Assembly: GCA_965220085.1 (NCBI GenBank)
Contig: CBDCOZ010000003.1
Location: forward strand, 832,001-896,000
Source: Candidatus Oxydemutatoraceae bacterium
GTDB taxonomy: Bacteria > Pseudomonadota > Gammaproteobacteria > Poriferisulfidales > Oxydemutatoraceae
Reading direction: 5' to 3'
Length of the DNA: 64,000 nucleotides
Every line of letters begins with the position of its first letter. The stretch's first letter is position 1. This document shows, in pieces, positions 29,997 to 40,752 of the stretch. The translations under genes and the position numbers were made by a program. The notes beneath the pieces were generated by a model. The model was not told the origin of the DNA and did no database searches. It was given only the letters and a program-made list of their open reading frames with translations.

Positions 29997-30359
29997 CCGA
30001 CGGCCGTTCGTCAGGCGGTCGCTTTGGCGAGCGCTTGCTCTGTGTCGGCAATCAGATCATCTTTGTGCTCGATGCCGATGGCCGTTGGTCAATACATTGC
30101 TTCCGCCGACATGCCGACTGCGATAGTTCGCTGACCGACGGCCGTTCGTCAGGCGGTCGCTTTGGCGAGCGCTTGCTCTGTGTCGGCAATCAGATCATCT
30201 TTGTGCTCGATGCCGATGGCCGTCGGTCAATACATTGCTTCCGCCGATATGCCGGCTATGCAAGTTCGTTGACCGACGGCCGTTCGTCAGGCGGTCGCTT
30301 TGGCGAGCGCTTGCTCTATGTCGGCAATCAGATCGTCTTTGTGCTCGATGCCGATGGCC
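29949..30359. repeat. Convergent-junction tandem array, 3 x 138 bp
   Basis: Units start 29949, 30087, 30225; each holds the DM13 gene end and the metY end. Confidence 0.95.
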
Positions 30360-31555
30360 AGCCGCACGAGATCTTCGCTCACGCCCGCGGATTTGAGTTC
30401 GCTTTCGGACAACTGACGGTGGGTTGTCGTCGCGGGATGGCATGCGAGCGAACGGGCATCGCCGATGTTTACCAAGCGCAGGATCAACTGCAGGGCATCG
30501 ATAAACTTTGCGCCGGCCGCCTTGCCGCCGTCAATGCCGAAACTCAGTATGCCGGAGGCTTTGCCGCCCAAGTAGCGCTGGGTCAGCGCGTAATCGGGGT
30601 GATCGGGCAAGCCCGCATAGTTCACCCATGTCACTTTGGGGCGCTCGGCAAGCCATTGCGCGATCGCCAGCGCGTTGTCGCTGTGCCGCTCCATGCGCAG
30701 GGGCAGGGTCTCGACCCCTTGCAGGACCAAGAAGCTGTTGAACGGCGAGAGGGCAAAGCCGATATTCCGCAACGGCACGGTTCTGGAGCGAATGATGAAA
30801 GCCAACTCGCCCATCGCTTCGCTGTAGTTGACCCCGTGATACGAAGGGTCGGGTTCGTTCAGCGCCGGGTAACGTCGCGCGTGTTGCTTCCAGTCAAACT
30901 TGCCCGAGTCAACGATCACGCCGCCGATGCTGTTGCCGTGCCCGCCGAGATATTTGGTCAGGGAGTGGATGACGATATCGGCGCCGTGTTCAAACGGGCG
31001 GCACAAGTAAGGGGTCGGCACGGTGTTATCGACCATCAGCGCCACGCCTTCCTTGTGGCATATGTCGGCGATGGCGGCGAGGTCGGCGATGTTGCCCGCC
31101 GGATTGCCGAGCGATTCGCAGAACACCGCGGTGGTCTTGTCGTCGATGCTGCTTGCAATCTCATCTTCTTCGACGAGACGCACGTCTATCCCCAGTTGCG
31201 GCATCGTGTGGGCGAACAAATTGTAGGTGCCGCCGTAGAGCTTGTTCGTGGAGACGATGTTGTTGCCCTTGCCGCTGATAGTCAGAATCGCGCAAGTGAT
31301 TGCCGCCATCCCCGATGACAGCGCGAGTCCGCCGACGCCGCCTTCCATCGCACAGATGCGCTTTTCCAGCACATCGGTCGTGGGGTTCATGATGCGCGTG
31401 TAAATATTGCCCGCCCGCTTCAGGTCGAATAAATCCGCGCCGTGTTGGGTGTCTTCAAAAGTATAAGAAGTGGTTTGGTATATGGGCGTGACTGCTGCGC
31501 GGGTAGTTTGCTCAGTCTCGTACCCTTCGTGTATTGCAATGGTTTCTATTTTCAT
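30287..31555 (-). CDS. metY: O-acetylhomoserine/O-acetylserine sulfhydrylase
   Basis: PIYQTTSY, IYTRIMNPT, HSLTKYLGGHG, NIGDARSL..HPATTTHRQL. Confidence 0.92.
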   Translation of the reverse strand: MKIETIAIHEGYETEQTTRAAVTPIYQTTSYTFEDTQHGADLFDLKRAGNIYTRIMNPTTDVLEKRICAMEGGVGGLALSSGMAAITCAILTISGKGNNIVSTNKLYGGTYNLFAHTMPQLGIDVRLVEEDEIASSIDDKTTAVFCESLGNPAGNIADLAAIADICHKEGVALMVDNTVPTPYLCRPFEHGADIVIHSLTKYLGGHGNSIGGVIVDSGKFDWKQHARRYPALNEPDPSYHGVNYSEAMGELAFIIRSRTVPLRNIGFALSPFNSFLVLQGVETLPLRMERHSDNALAIAQWLAERPKVTWVNYAGLPDHPDYALTQRYLGGKASGILSFGIDGGKAAGAKFIDALQLILRLVNIGDARSLACHPATTTHRQLSESELKSAGVSEDLVRLAIGIEHKDDLIADIEQALAKATA

Positions 31556-31689
31556 AACGCACCTCCGTCCGGTAGTCAGGCGGTGGCATTATACCGCATA
31601 TGGCAAGCCCGAAAATTGAAATTTTTGGCCGGCTTGCCATGCCATCCTGTTAAGTTATTCTTTATTCTGCCAATATTTTTTGACTTTCT

Positions 31690-31860
31690 TAAAGCAGTCC
31701 GCTCGCTCGTTATAGCAGAAATCGTCTTTGTCAGCGAACGCAAGATCAGCCATTGCGCGACGCGCAAATTGCGAAGGGCGCTCTTTCGATACATTGCCTA
31801 AAATCGCGCCAAAGTTTTCGGCGAGGATATTTTCTATTGCGTCGCCAACGGGCGCTAAGC
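31690..31860 (-). pseudogene. Fragment of a putative restriction endonuclease-like gene
   Basis: VGDAIENILAENF...FARRAMADLAF.D segment downstream of a methyltransferase remnant; family call from recall only. Confidence 0.35.
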
Positions 31861-31889
31861 ATCGCTGTGGAAAATCCTGCTTTTTGACA

Positions 31890-32135
31890 TCACAGAAGCC
31901 TCTCGTCGGACAGCGGCGCTGTATTCTTGTCGTCGGCCTTCCTATTCTTTCCATTGCCGTTTAATTTTCCATTGGGCGTGTTTCGTTCCCAAAAGGCGCC
32001 ATCAGAATATCCTTGAATGGTTTTGTCCGTGTCCGCCATCTCAAGCCGCTTCTCGGCAAGGCAACCGTATTGCTCGTCAATTTCTATGCCGACATAGTTC
32101 CTCCCCAGTTTTTTGGCCACAACCGATGTGGCGCC
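31890..32135 (-). pseudogene. C-terminal fragment of an N4/N6 DNA methyltransferase
   Basis: SGATSVVAKKLGRNYVGIEIDEQY is the tail of the SAM-binding motif; upstream DPF and DPPY parts missing. Confidence 0.75.
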
Positions 32136-32290
32136 GGATAATTCTGTGTTATCGCAAAATCTGCCGCAAAGGGACGGGCGCGGCATATGGCATATTTTTG
32201 CGGGGATGCAACCATATTTCATGCGCTTTGGTATAATGCGCTTGCTTATTTATTGGTAAGCCCCTTAACGATTAAGCAAAGATAACGATC

Positions 32291-32902
32291 ATGAATTGCA
32301 GATTATTAATGATTCCGGTACTGTTGCTGGCACAGCTGGCGGCGGCCGAAAGTAACGAAGATATTTATTCCAAGGTCGACACCTGCCTCGGTTGTCACGG
32401 TGTTCCGTCCTATGCCAATGTCTACCCGAGTTATCATGTGCCCCGACTTGCGGGACAGCATGCCGAGTATCTGGCGGCGGCGTTGCGCGCCTACAAGAAT
32501 AACGAACGCGATCATCCGACGATGCGCGCTCAGGCCAGCGGCATGAGCGAGCAAGATATTTTGGACATCGCGGCATATTTCTCCGCCCAGCCGGATGCCG
32601 GCGATGACACGGCGGCAGTCAAGGCGCCGTCCTCGCGCCAAGATTTGCTCGCCGTCTGCGAGGCGTGTCACGGGCCGACCGGCAATAGCCCGTTGCCCGT
32701 TAATCCGCGTATCGCCGGGCAACATCGCGATTACCTCTATCACGCCCTGATGTCCTATAAGAACGGCGCCAGAACCAACCCGATTATGGTCGGTATCGCC
32801 GGCGCATTGACCGAGAACGATATGAAGGCGTTATCGGCATTCTTTGCCGCGAACTCGGGGCTCGGCACGATGGATGTCGGGCATTCGGCCCGCGCGCGTT
32901 AA
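32291..32902 (+). CDS. Di-heme cytochrome c4/c553
   Basis: Signal peptide, CLGCH and CEACH, PRLAGQ twice. Confidence 0.92.
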   Translation: MNCRLLMIPVLLLAQLAAAESNEDIYSKVDTCLGCHGVPSYANVYPSYHVPRLAGQHAEYLAAALRAYKNNERDHPTMRAQASGMSEQDILDIAAYFSAQPDAGDDTAAVKAPSSRQDLLAVCEACHGPTGNSPLPVNPRIAGQHRDYLYHALMSYKNGARTNPIMVGIAGALTENDMKALSAFFAANSGLGTMDVGHSARAR

Positions 32903-32940
32903 AGCGCCGGGCGATTAGCCGAGAGCGTTCGCTTTGCGTT

Positions 32941-33165
32941 TTATTCGTCCGGCGTTTGGGCGACGATGGTCAATGCGTGCAACGCGCCGGTTTTGATCTC
33001 TTCCGTGACCGCGGCATACACCAACTGGTGACGTTTTACGGCGCTGAGATTGCGGAACCGCTCGCTGGTTATTTTGACTTCGTATTTTCTGTCGCCGCCG
33101 CTGACTGCAATGTCCGCTTTCGGAAACTGATTCGCGAGCAGTGTTTTGAGGTGTCGGTCATACAT
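32941..33165 (-). CDS. BolA/IbaG family protein
   Basis: SERFRNLSAVKRHQLVY, LHALTI. Confidence 0.88.
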   Translation of the reverse strand: MYDRHLKTLLANQFPKADIAVSGGDRKYEVKITSERFRNLSAVKRHQLVYAAVTEEIKTGALHALTIVAQTPDE

Positions 33166-33208
33166 ACTGATATAATGATAACCTTTAATTGAGCGGAGAC
33201 TAAATAGG

Positions 33209-33961
33209 ATGATATTCCGGCAACTTTTTGAACCCACATCAAGCACTTATACCTACCTGATTGCCTGCCCCGATACGAGCCGGGCGGCGTTGATTGACCC
33301 GGTTCTGGAGACGTTTGATCGGGATATGCAAGTCGTTCGCGAACTCGGATTTCAACTCGCTTATACGATAGAGACGCATATCCATGCCGACCATATAACC
33401 AGCGCGCTGAAGCTCAAGGCATTGACCGGTTCGCAAATTGCCGGGCCGGCGATGGATGACCTGCTGTGTCGCGATGTCGGCCTGCGCGAAGGCGAAGCGC
33501 TGGCGGTCGGGAAAGTTGTGTTACACCCGCTCTTTACGCCGGGGCATACCGCCGCTCACCATGCTTATTTGATAGACGATAGCGCGCATAGCATGTTGTT
33601 TTCCGGAGACGCTTTGTTGATTGATGCGTGCGGGCGAACAGATTTTCAAGAGGGCGATGCCGGCACGCTTTATGATTCTATTCATCAGAAGTTTTATACG
33701 CTGCCCGACGACACGCTGGTGTATCCCGGGCACAACTATGACAAGCGTTGTTTGTCGAGTATCGGGCAGGAGAAATTGCGCAACCCGCGTCTGCGTCAAG
33801 GGATAGATCGCGAGCGGTTTGTGCGGATTATGGCCGAATTGGATTTGCCGTTGCCGGTCAAGATCGATTACGCCGTGCCCGGCAATGTGATGTGCGGCCA
33901 GTGCCCCGACAATTTGCCCGAGGGCGCGGTGCGGCTGTGCGAACCCCACGATCAGGGGTGA
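33209..33961 (+). CDS. MBL-fold persulfide dioxygenase (ETHE1-like)
   Basis: FRQLFE..SSTYTYL, ETHIHADHIT, TPGHT, CGRTDFQ. Confidence 0.88.
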   Translation: MIFRQLFEPTSSTYTYLIACPDTSRAALIDPVLETFDRDMQVVRELGFQLAYTIETHIHADHITSALKLKALTGSQIAGPAMDDLLCRDVGLREGEALAVGKVVLHPLFTPGHTAAHHAYLIDDSAHSMLFSGDALLIDACGRTDFQEGDAGTLYDSIHQKFYTLPDDTLVYPGHNYDKRCLSSIGQEKLRNPRLRQGIDRERFVRIMAELDLPLPVKIDYAVPGNVMCGQCPDNLPEGAVRLCEPHDQG

Positions 33962-33977
33962 TGGTCGCCGCTGATTG

Positions 33978-34664
33978 TCACCGCTGATCGTCGCCGCCGA
34001 TGAGCGCGATGATCTCGCGCGCATGTTGGCGGACGGCCTCCATGCGGATAATCGGCACATCGGTTAACGCTTGCAGTTCTTGAAAGTTATCCGTGTCATC
34101 CGCCGCGTCCGCGGCTCGGGGCAAGCGGTTCAGTATGATCGCCAGCGTCTCAATGCCCAGAGCATCGGCCGCCATCAGGGACAGCAAGGTGTGGTTGATG
34201 CAACCGAGTTTGTCGGCCACGACGAGAAAAATCGGCAATCCGAGTTGGCGAATCAGATCGGCATTGGAGCGCTTGTCGGCAAGCGGTGACAACAAGCCGC
34301 CGGCGCCTTCGACGACGAGCGTTTCGTCATCGCGTTTGGCGCATACGGCGGCGAGATCGTCCGCTGTCATCGGTGTGTTTGCGAGTTTTGCGGCGTAGGC
34401 GGGGGAAGCCGCCGCGGCGAAGCGAAAGCCGCAAATTTGCTCGAGCGGCGGCGGATGTTTCATGGCCTTGGCCAGTTGCGTCGCATCGGCGGGCGTGAGC
34501 GCGCCGTCATCGTTTTGCCGGCAACCGCTCTCTGCCGGTTTGCGCGGCGCGGGGCGCAAGCCGTTTGCTTCCAGTATTTCGATTAGGCGGCCAGCAAATA
34601 TTGTTTTGCCAACACCTGTGTCAGTACCGGTGATAAACACCCCGTTATTGTCAGTATCGCGCAT
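33978..34664 (-). CDS. bioD: Dethiobiotin synthase
   Basis: FITGTDTGVGKT, KPAESG, VEGAGGL, LGCINHTLL. Confidence 0.95.
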   Translation of the reverse strand: MRDTDNNGVFITGTDTGVGKTIFAGRLIEILEANGLRPAPRKPAESGCRQNDDGALTPADATQLAKAMKHPPPLEQICGFRFAAAASPAYAAKLANTPMTADDLAAVCAKRDDETLVVEGAGGLLSPLADKRSNADLIRQLGLPIFLVVADKLGCINHTLLSLMAADALGIETLAIILNRLPRAADAADDTDNFQELQALTDVPIIRMEAVRQHAREIIALIGGDDQR

Positions 34665-34703
34665 TGTTGCTTGGAGAGAAGAATCAACTCCTTGTCGAAT
34701 AGT

Positions 34704-35636
34704 TTAAGATATTAACCGTGATTGTATTTCGCGATACTTTTGCGCCGTTGTATCGATGACTTCGGTTGGCAATGACGGCGGCGGCGGCGTTTTGTTCCAG
34801 TTCAGAGTTTCCAGATAATCTCTGAGAAATTGTTTGTCAAAGCTCGGAGGATTACTATCAGCAAATCGCAATTGCTGTTGCTGGCGCCATCTTTCGTATG
34901 AATTGGTATCCCAGAAGCGTGACGAATCAGGCGTAAGCACTTCGTCAATCAGCATTAGCTTGCCATCCGCATCAAGCCCGAACTCAAGTTTGGTATCAGC
35001 GATGATTATGCCTTTTTTATATGCGTATTCGGCACATTTGTCATAGATGAACAGGGCTTTCTCGCGCGCCTCCGCGGCCAGTTTCGGCCCTATCGTTTCG
35101 GCAACCGCTTCAAAGCTGATATTCACATCGTGTTCGCCTACGGCAGCTTTGGTTGACGGTGTGAAAATTGCCTGCGGCAGTTTGCTTGCCATCGTCAGTC
35201 GCTCCGGCAGTCGTATGCCGCAGACCGTGCCGTCGTGTTGGTAACTGTCCCAAGCGGAGCCGATGAGGTAACCGCGAACGATCGCTTCGATCGGCAAGGG
35301 CTTGGCTCTTTTGACAATCATGCTGCGCGCGGCGAGGGATTCGTCATCGGCAATCTCCGCAACGCAAGACGGGTCTATGTCGCTGCTGTGGTGATGTATG
35401 GTTTGTGATAAGTAGGCGAACCAGAACTGGCTGAGTTCATTTAGGATCTGCCCCTTGTCCGGGATGGCATCGTCCATGACGACATCAAATGCCGAAATCC
35501 GGTCGCTGGTGACGATCAGGAGATACTCCTCGTCTAAGGCGTAAACCTCTCTCACCTTGCCCTGATGCAACAAAGGCAGGGATTCAATTTGCGGCACGGC
35601 GGTGTTTAACGGAGTTGGCATGGAAACATTCGTCAA
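34704..35636 (-). CDS. purC: SAICAR synthase
   Basis: [35 protein letters not shown]. Confidence 0.95.
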   Translation of the reverse strand: MTNVSMPTPLNTAVPQIESLPLLHQGKVREVYALDEEYLLIVTSDRISAFDVVMDDAIPDKGQILNELSQFWFAYLSQTIHHHSSDIDPSCVAEIADDESLAARSMIVKRAKPLPIEAIVRGYLIGSAWDSYQHDGTVCGIRLPERLTMASKLPQAIFTPSTKAAVGEHDVNISFEAVAETIGPKLAAEAREKALFIYDKCAEYAYKKGIIIADTKLEFGLDADGKLMLIDEVLTPDSSRFWDTNSYERWRQQQQLRFADSNPPSFDKQFLRDYLETLNWNKTPPPPSLPTEVIDTTAQKYREIQSRLIS

Positions 35637-35694
35637 TTTATTTGCTAGAATAAACTATTCTACATTCAATTCGGAAATGATAAGAGGATTAGTG

Positions 35695-36198
35695 ATGAAT
35701 GACAAAGGCGGTTCGCCTCTTGTGGGCATCGTGATGGGCAGCAAAAGCGATTGGCCCGTTATGAGCCATGCGGCTAAGATGCTCGCGCAATTTGGCATTG
35801 CCCATGAGAAAAAGATTGTGTCGGCGCACCGTACGCCGGATCACATGTTCAAATATGCGAAACAGGCGAGCGAACGCGGCTTGCGTTGCATCATCGCCGG
35901 CGCCGGCGGCGCCGCCCACCTGCCGGGCATGATCGCTTCCTTGACGGCTTTGCCGGTGCTCGGCGTTCCGGTGCCGAGCAAACACCTCGGCGGCGAAGAC
36001 TCTCTCTTATCCATCGTGCAGATGCCCAAGGGGATTCCGGTGGCGACCTTTGCCATCGGCGAGGCGGGCGCGGCGAATGCCGGTTTGTTTGCGTGCGCGT
36101 TGCTCGCTGCGGAATCGGAAGACTTGCGGGGCGAGTTGGAAGCGTTTCGCCGCCGGCAACACGATGCCGTGATGGAGTCGGACCTTCCCGATGAATAA
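35695..36198 (+). CDS. purE: N5-CAIR mutase
   Basis: [26 protein letters not shown]. Confidence 0.96.
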   Translation: MNDKGGSPLVGIVMGSKSDWPVMSHAAKMLAQFGIAHEKKIVSAHRTPDHMFKYAKQASERGLRCIIAGAGGAAHLPGMIASLTALPVLGVPVPSKHLGGEDSLLSIVQMPKGIPVATFAIGEAGAANAGLFACALLAAESEDLRGELEAFRRRQHDAVMESDLPDE

Positions 36199-36212
36199 AT
36201 ACTTTTGCGGAT

Positions 36213-37379
36213 TTGGCGAAGATGCGTCCGCATAAACCGTTGCTGCCCGGTTCTGCGCTCGGTGTTTTCGGCGGCGGACAACTGGGGCGGATGTTTGTCC
36301 TCGCCGCTAAAAAATTGGGTTACCGTACGGTGGTATTCGCTCCTGAACATAAAGATGACAGCCCCGCCGGCAAGGAATCCGATGAGTATATACCAGGGGA
36401 TTACTTTGACAGTGACGCATTGTCGGAATTTGCAGGCAAGTGTGACGCTGTTACGACCGAGTTTGAGAACGTTCCGGCGGCGGCGTATGAGGCGGTTTGC
36501 GAGCGGTTGCCGGTCAGCCCGTCTCCCGCCGCATTGCGGATCGCACAGGACCGCATCGCCGAAAAGCAATTTTTGACGGATGCGGGTATCGCGGTCGCGC
36601 CGTATGCGGCGGTGACCGCCGACAGCGATCTCGGCGACGCGCTGGGCGATATGGTCTGGCCGGCGATTATAAAGACCGCTCGCTTCGGTTATGACGGCAA
36701 AGGGCAGCGCGAAGTCTGCAACATACAAGAGGTCGCCGCTGCGATGGCGCAGACGGCGGCCGAGAGTTATGTGGTCGAGCAGGCGATCGATCTGAAAGCC
36801 GAGTTGTCCGTCATATTGGCGCGCTCTGCTAATGGCGAATGCGAGTTCTATCCGGCGGCCGATAACGAACACCGCAACGGCATCTTGCATATCAGTTCGG
36901 CGCCCTCATCGCTTGATCCCGAGGTTCATAGTGAAGCGAGAGTCATTGCTCGTAAGGTTGCCGACGCGCTGGATTACTGCGGGGTTCTGGCGATAGAGTT
37001 TTTTCTGAGCGCCGATGACAAACTGATGGCAAACGAGATAGCGCCCAGACCGCACAACAGCGGGCACTATACGATAGACGCCTGTGTGGCATCCCAATTT
37101 GAGCAACAAGCAAGAGCGATGTGCGGTTTGCCCGCCGCATCGGCGCGGCTTTTGACGCCGGCGGTGATGGTCAACCTGCTCGGCGATCTATGGCATGACG
37201 GCGCGCCCGATTGGGGGGAGTTGTTGACGCAGCCCGATGTCAGGTTGCATCTCTATGGCAAGAGCGAGGCGCGGCCCGGACGCAAGATGGGGCATTTTTG
37301 TGTCATTGGAAAAGATGGAGAAGATGTCGCGGCGCTGCGCCGGCGCGCTTCGCGGCTGTACCAAAGGCTGAGCAAATGA
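36213..37379 (+). CDS. purK: N5-CAIR synthase
   Basis: GGGQLGRM, TTEFENV, GYDGKGQ, NEIAPRPHNSGH, GRKMGH. Confidence 0.96.
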   Translation: MAKMRPHKPLLPGSALGVFGGGQLGRMFVLAAKKLGYRTVVFAPEHKDDSPAGKESDEYIPGDYFDSDALSEFAGKCDAVTTEFENVPAAAYEAVCERLPVSPSPAALRIAQDRIAEKQFLTDAGIAVAPYAAVTADSDLGDALGDMVWPAIIKTARFGYDGKGQREVCNIQEVAAAMAQTAAESYVVEQAIDLKAELSVILARSANGECEFYPAADNEHRNGILHISSAPSSLDPEVHSEARVIARKVADALDYCGVLAIEFFLSADDKLMANEIAPRPHNSGHYTIDACVASQFEQQARAMCGLPAASARLLTPAVMVNLLGDLWHDGAPDWGELLTQPDVRLHLYGKSEARPGRKMGHFCVIGKDGEDVAALRRRASRLYQRLSK

Positions 37380-38395
37380 TACAAACCCGCGCGTTTAGAA
37401 TTTACCAAGACGACCCGTTTCATGCCGGCTTTGAAGAGGTCACGCTTGCGAGTCCCGACGAGGGAGAGCTTGTTGTTGCAATCAATTATTCGGGAATTAA
37501 TTACAAAGACGCGTTAGCCGGCAGCGGCCGCGCAAAAATATTGAGGAAAAGTCCGTTGACCGGCGGCATAGACCTTGCCGGCAAAGTGACGGAGAGTCGG
37601 TCACCGGATTTTGCTGTCGGTGATTGGGTATTAGCCAACGGCAGCGGTCTGAGCGAGACGATTGACGGCGGCTATGCTTCGCATGCGAAGATTCCGGCAG
37701 CTATTGCAATTCCTATTCCGCCAAACCTTGATGCGCGCAGAGCCATGTTGATTGGCACGGCCGGATTTACCGCAGCCTTGTCTGTCATGCAGATGCTGCG
37801 CAACGGTCAAAGGCCGTCGGCGGGGGCGGTAGCGGTCACCGGGGCGAGCGGCGGTGTCGGCAGTTTTGCGGCACATCTTTTGGCGCAGTCGGGCTTTGAA
37901 GCAGTCGCCGTATCGCGCAAGGCATCCGACAACTCGCCGTCTGCAAAAGAAGCCGATGCGTATTTGCGCGACTTGGGAGCGAGCGAGGTGATCGCAGCGC
38001 TCAATGCGCCCGCCGGTGACTTGGCCAAGGCGACATGGGGCGGCGGCATCGATTGTCTTGGCGGCGAGCCGTTGGCGAATTTGATCAAGACGACGAAGCC
38101 GCAAGGGAATGTCGCCGCCGTCGGTTTGGCGCAATCCGCCGAGTTACATGGGAGCGTCCTGCCGTTTATCATCCGCGGTGTCAATCTGCTGGGAATCACA
38201 TCGGCAAATTGTCCGCCGGCTGTGAAGCGCGCGGTTTGGCAAGCTCTCGGCGGCGAACTGCGCCCGTCCGACGCTTGTTTTGCGGCGGTTTTGCAACAAG
38301 AGGTCGCGTTATCGGATGTCCCCGCGCACTTTGAGCGGGTCCTGGCGGGCGAGGTGCGCGGGCGTATTTTGGTTGATTGTCGGGCGGCTACGTGA
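37376..38395 (+). CDS. acuI: YhdH/AcuI family acrylyl-CoA reductase (MDR oxidoreductase)
   Basis: YSGINYKDALA, GTAGFTAAL, VTGASGGVGS, LPFIIRGVNLLGI. Confidence 0.8.
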   Translation: MIQTRAFRIYQDDPFHAGFEEVTLASPDEGELVVAINYSGINYKDALAGSGRAKILRKSPLTGGIDLAGKVTESRSPDFAVGDWVLANGSGLSETIDGGYASHAKIPAAIAIPIPPNLDARRAMLIGTAGFTAALSVMQMLRNGQRPSAGAVAVTGASGGVGSFAAHLLAQSGFEAVAVSRKASDNSPSAKEADAYLRDLGASEVIAALNAPAGDLAKATWGGGIDCLGGEPLANLIKTTKPQGNVAAVGLAQSAELHGSVLPFIIRGVNLLGITSANCPPAVKRAVWQALGGELRPSDACFAAVLQQEVALSDVPAHFERVLAGEVRGRILVDCRAAT

Positions 38396-38476
38396 TGTTT
38401 GTCTGCCGGCGGAAATGCCCCGCGCGCTGCGGGCTATTGCCGTTCGGGGGCGTTTTGCTTTACACTATGACCTAGC

Positions 38477-39484
38477 GTGGAACAGGAAAACATAACAAAC
38501 ACTTCTCCATCCAGCCTTCAATTAGATTCCAAAGGCCGTCTCCGGCATTTTCTCGACATCGGCGGTCTCTCGCGCGAGCACTTGACACATATTCTTGACA
38601 CGGCGGAGTCGTTTGCCGTCGATGACAAAAAGGTCGTCAGAAAAGTGCCGTTGCTGCGCGGCAGGACCGTGGTCAATCTGTTCTTTGAATCCAGCACCCG
38701 CACGCGTTCCACTTTTGAGTTGGCCGCAAAACGTCTTTCCGCGGATGTGCTGAACCTGAATATCGGCACCGCGGCGGTGCAAAAGGGCGAGTCGTTGCTG
38801 GACACGCTGAAAAACATGCAAGCGATGTCGGTCGATATGTTTGTCGTGCGTCACAGCGACAGCGGCGCCGCGCAATTCATCGCGCAACATACCGCCGCGG
38901 GCGTGGCGGTCGTCAATGCCGGCGACGGCGGTCACGCGCATCCGACGCAAGCCATGCTGGATATGTTTACCATCCGCCAACACAAAAAAGATTTTGCCGG
39001 TCTGCGGGTGGCCATCGTGGGGGACATACGCCATTCCCGGGTCGCGCGTTCGCAGATTGCCGCCTTGCGGATACTCGGTGTCAAAGACATTCGCCTAATC
39101 GCTCCCAAGACGCTGATCCCTTACGGCATTGAAGAGGCGCGCGCGCGGGTTTGTTGCGACAGCGCGGAAGGGCTTGTCGATGCCGATGTGGTCATCATGT
39201 TGCGCTTGCAGACCGAACGCATGCGCGGCGGCTTTTTGCCGAGTGCGAACGAATATTACCGTTACTACGGTTTGAATGCGAGGCGTCTTGCGTTGGCCAA
39301 GCCGGATGCCATCGTCATGCACCCGGGGCCGATCAACCGCGAAGTGGAGATCAGTTCGCTGGTCGCCGACGGCGAGCAGTCGGTAATCTTAGAGCAAGTG
39401 ACCTATGGCATCGCGGTCAGGATGGCGGTGATGTCGTTGGTTGTCAGCGGTCAGCGGGCGGCGGATAGCGGGGAAGAGATGTGA
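38477..39484 (+). CDS. pyrB: Aspartate carbamoyltransferase
   Basis: [25 protein letters not shown]. Confidence 0.96.
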   Translation: MEQENITNTSPSSLQLDSKGRLRHFLDIGGLSREHLTHILDTAESFAVDDKKVVRKVPLLRGRTVVNLFFESSTRTRSTFELAAKRLSADVLNLNIGTAAVQKGESLLDTLKNMQAMSVDMFVVRHSDSGAAQFIAQHTAAGVAVVNAGDGGHAHPTQAMLDMFTIRQHKKDFAGLRVAIVGDIRHSRVARSQIAALRILGVKDIRLIAPKTLIPYGIEEARARVCCDSAEGLVDADVVIMLRLQTERMRGGFLPSANEYYRYYGLNARRLALAKPDAIVMHPGPINREVEISSLVADGEQSVILEQVTYGIAVRMAVMSLVVSGQRAADSGEEM

Positions 39485-40752
39485 GTATTTTGTTGCGTCA
39501 AGTGCGGCTGTATGGCGCTCGGCAAGCGCGGCCTTTGGACATTGCGATTGAGGGCGGCAAGATTATCGCCGTCGGGCAGGCGCCGCCGGCGTTTTGCCCG
39601 CAACGAACTATTGAGGCGCAAGGTATGTTCGCTATTCCGGGTATCGTGGATATGGGGGCGTATATGCGCGAGCCGGGGTATGAGCATAAGGCGACGATCG
39701 CTTCGGAGAGCAAGGCGGCGGTTGCCGGCGGAGTGACGACATTGGTCTGCATGCCGCAGACCCGTCCGGTGGTTGATTCTCCGACGACGGTCGAGTTGAT
39801 ACGCAACCGCGCTATCGCGGCGAACTTGTGCCGGGCGCTTATCGTCGGGGCGGCCACAAAAGGCTTGCGGGGAGAAGAACTGAGCGAGATGGGCGCGTTG
39901 AAAGAAGAAGGTTGTATCGCGGTCGGCAACTTGTTCAATCCGTTTGCCGAGCCGGCGATGTTAAAGCGAGTCCTTGAATATGCTTCGGGGTTTGGTCTGC
40001 CGGTGTTCTTCCATCCGCAAGATGCGTCGCTTGCGGGCAATGGCTGCGCCCACGACGGCGCGATAGCCACCCGCTTGGGCTTGACCGGCATTCCGATATC
40101 CGCCGAAACCGCCGCTTTGAGCCAGTGCCTGGCTCTGGTTGAGGATACCGGCGCTGCGGTGCATTTTTGTCGCCTATCTTGCGCGCGTTCGGTGGAGTTG
40201 TTGCGCGCGGCTCGGAACAGCGGTTTGCCGGTCAGCGCCGATGTCGCGATCCATCAGTTGCTGTTGACGGAAGCAAACTTGACAGACTTTGATTCCAATT
40301 ATCATGTGTTGCCTCCTCTGCGCAGCGAGGACGACCGCTTGGCGTTGCTTGAAGGTCTTAACGAAGGCGTCATCGATGCGATTTGTTCCGATCATCAGCC
40401 GCACGATATCGGTTCTAAGTTGGCGCCGTTCCCGTCCAGCGCGCCCGGGGTTTCGGCGCTGGAAACCGTGTTGCCTCTGGTGTTGCGGCTGGTCGCTGAC
40501 GGCGCGCTGAGCGCGCCGATCGCGTTGCAAAGAATCACTTCTTCCCCGGCCAAAATCCTGGGGATTGAGGCCGGGCGCATAGCGGCGGGCGCGCCCGCTG
40601 ATCTGTGTCTCTTTCGCCCCGATGAGGCGTGGGAACTGTCCGCGCAGACGATGCATAGCAGCGGTTTGAATACGCCTTTTTATGGCCGGCGTTTTTCGGG
40701 ACGCGCGCGCCTGACGATATGCGACGGGAAGCCGGTGTATGAAGCGCGGTAG
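39481..40752 (+). CDS. pyrC: Dihydroorotase-like protein (PyrC', probably catalytically inactive)
   Basis: REPG, AGGVTT, SDHQPH; the metal-binding HxH is replaced by GAY ([11 protein letters not shown]). Confidence 0.85.
   Translation: MSILLRQVRLYGARQARPLDIAIEGGKIIAVGQAPPAFCPQRTIEAQGMFAIPGIVDMGAYMREPGYEHKATIASESKAAVAGGVTTLVCMPQTRPVVDSPTTVELIRNRAIAANLCRALIVGAATKGLRGEELSEMGALKEEGCIAVGNLFNPFAEPAMLKRVLEYASGFGLPVFFHPQDASLAGNGCAHDGAIATRLGLTGIPISAETAALSQCLALVEDTGAAVHFCRLSCARSVELLRAARNSGLPVSADVAIHQLLLTEANLTDFDSNYHVLPPLRSEDDRLALLEGLNEGVIDAICSDHQPHDIGSKLAPFPSSAPGVSALETVLPLVLRLVADGALSAPIALQRITSSPAKILGIEAGRIAAGAPADLCLFRPDEAWELSAQTMHSSGLNTPFYGRRFSGRARLTICDGKPVYEAR

Noticed and set aside
39481-40752. Missing catalytic histidines in dihydroorotase as a novelty
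   Set aside because: Inactive PyrC' partners of PyrB are well known
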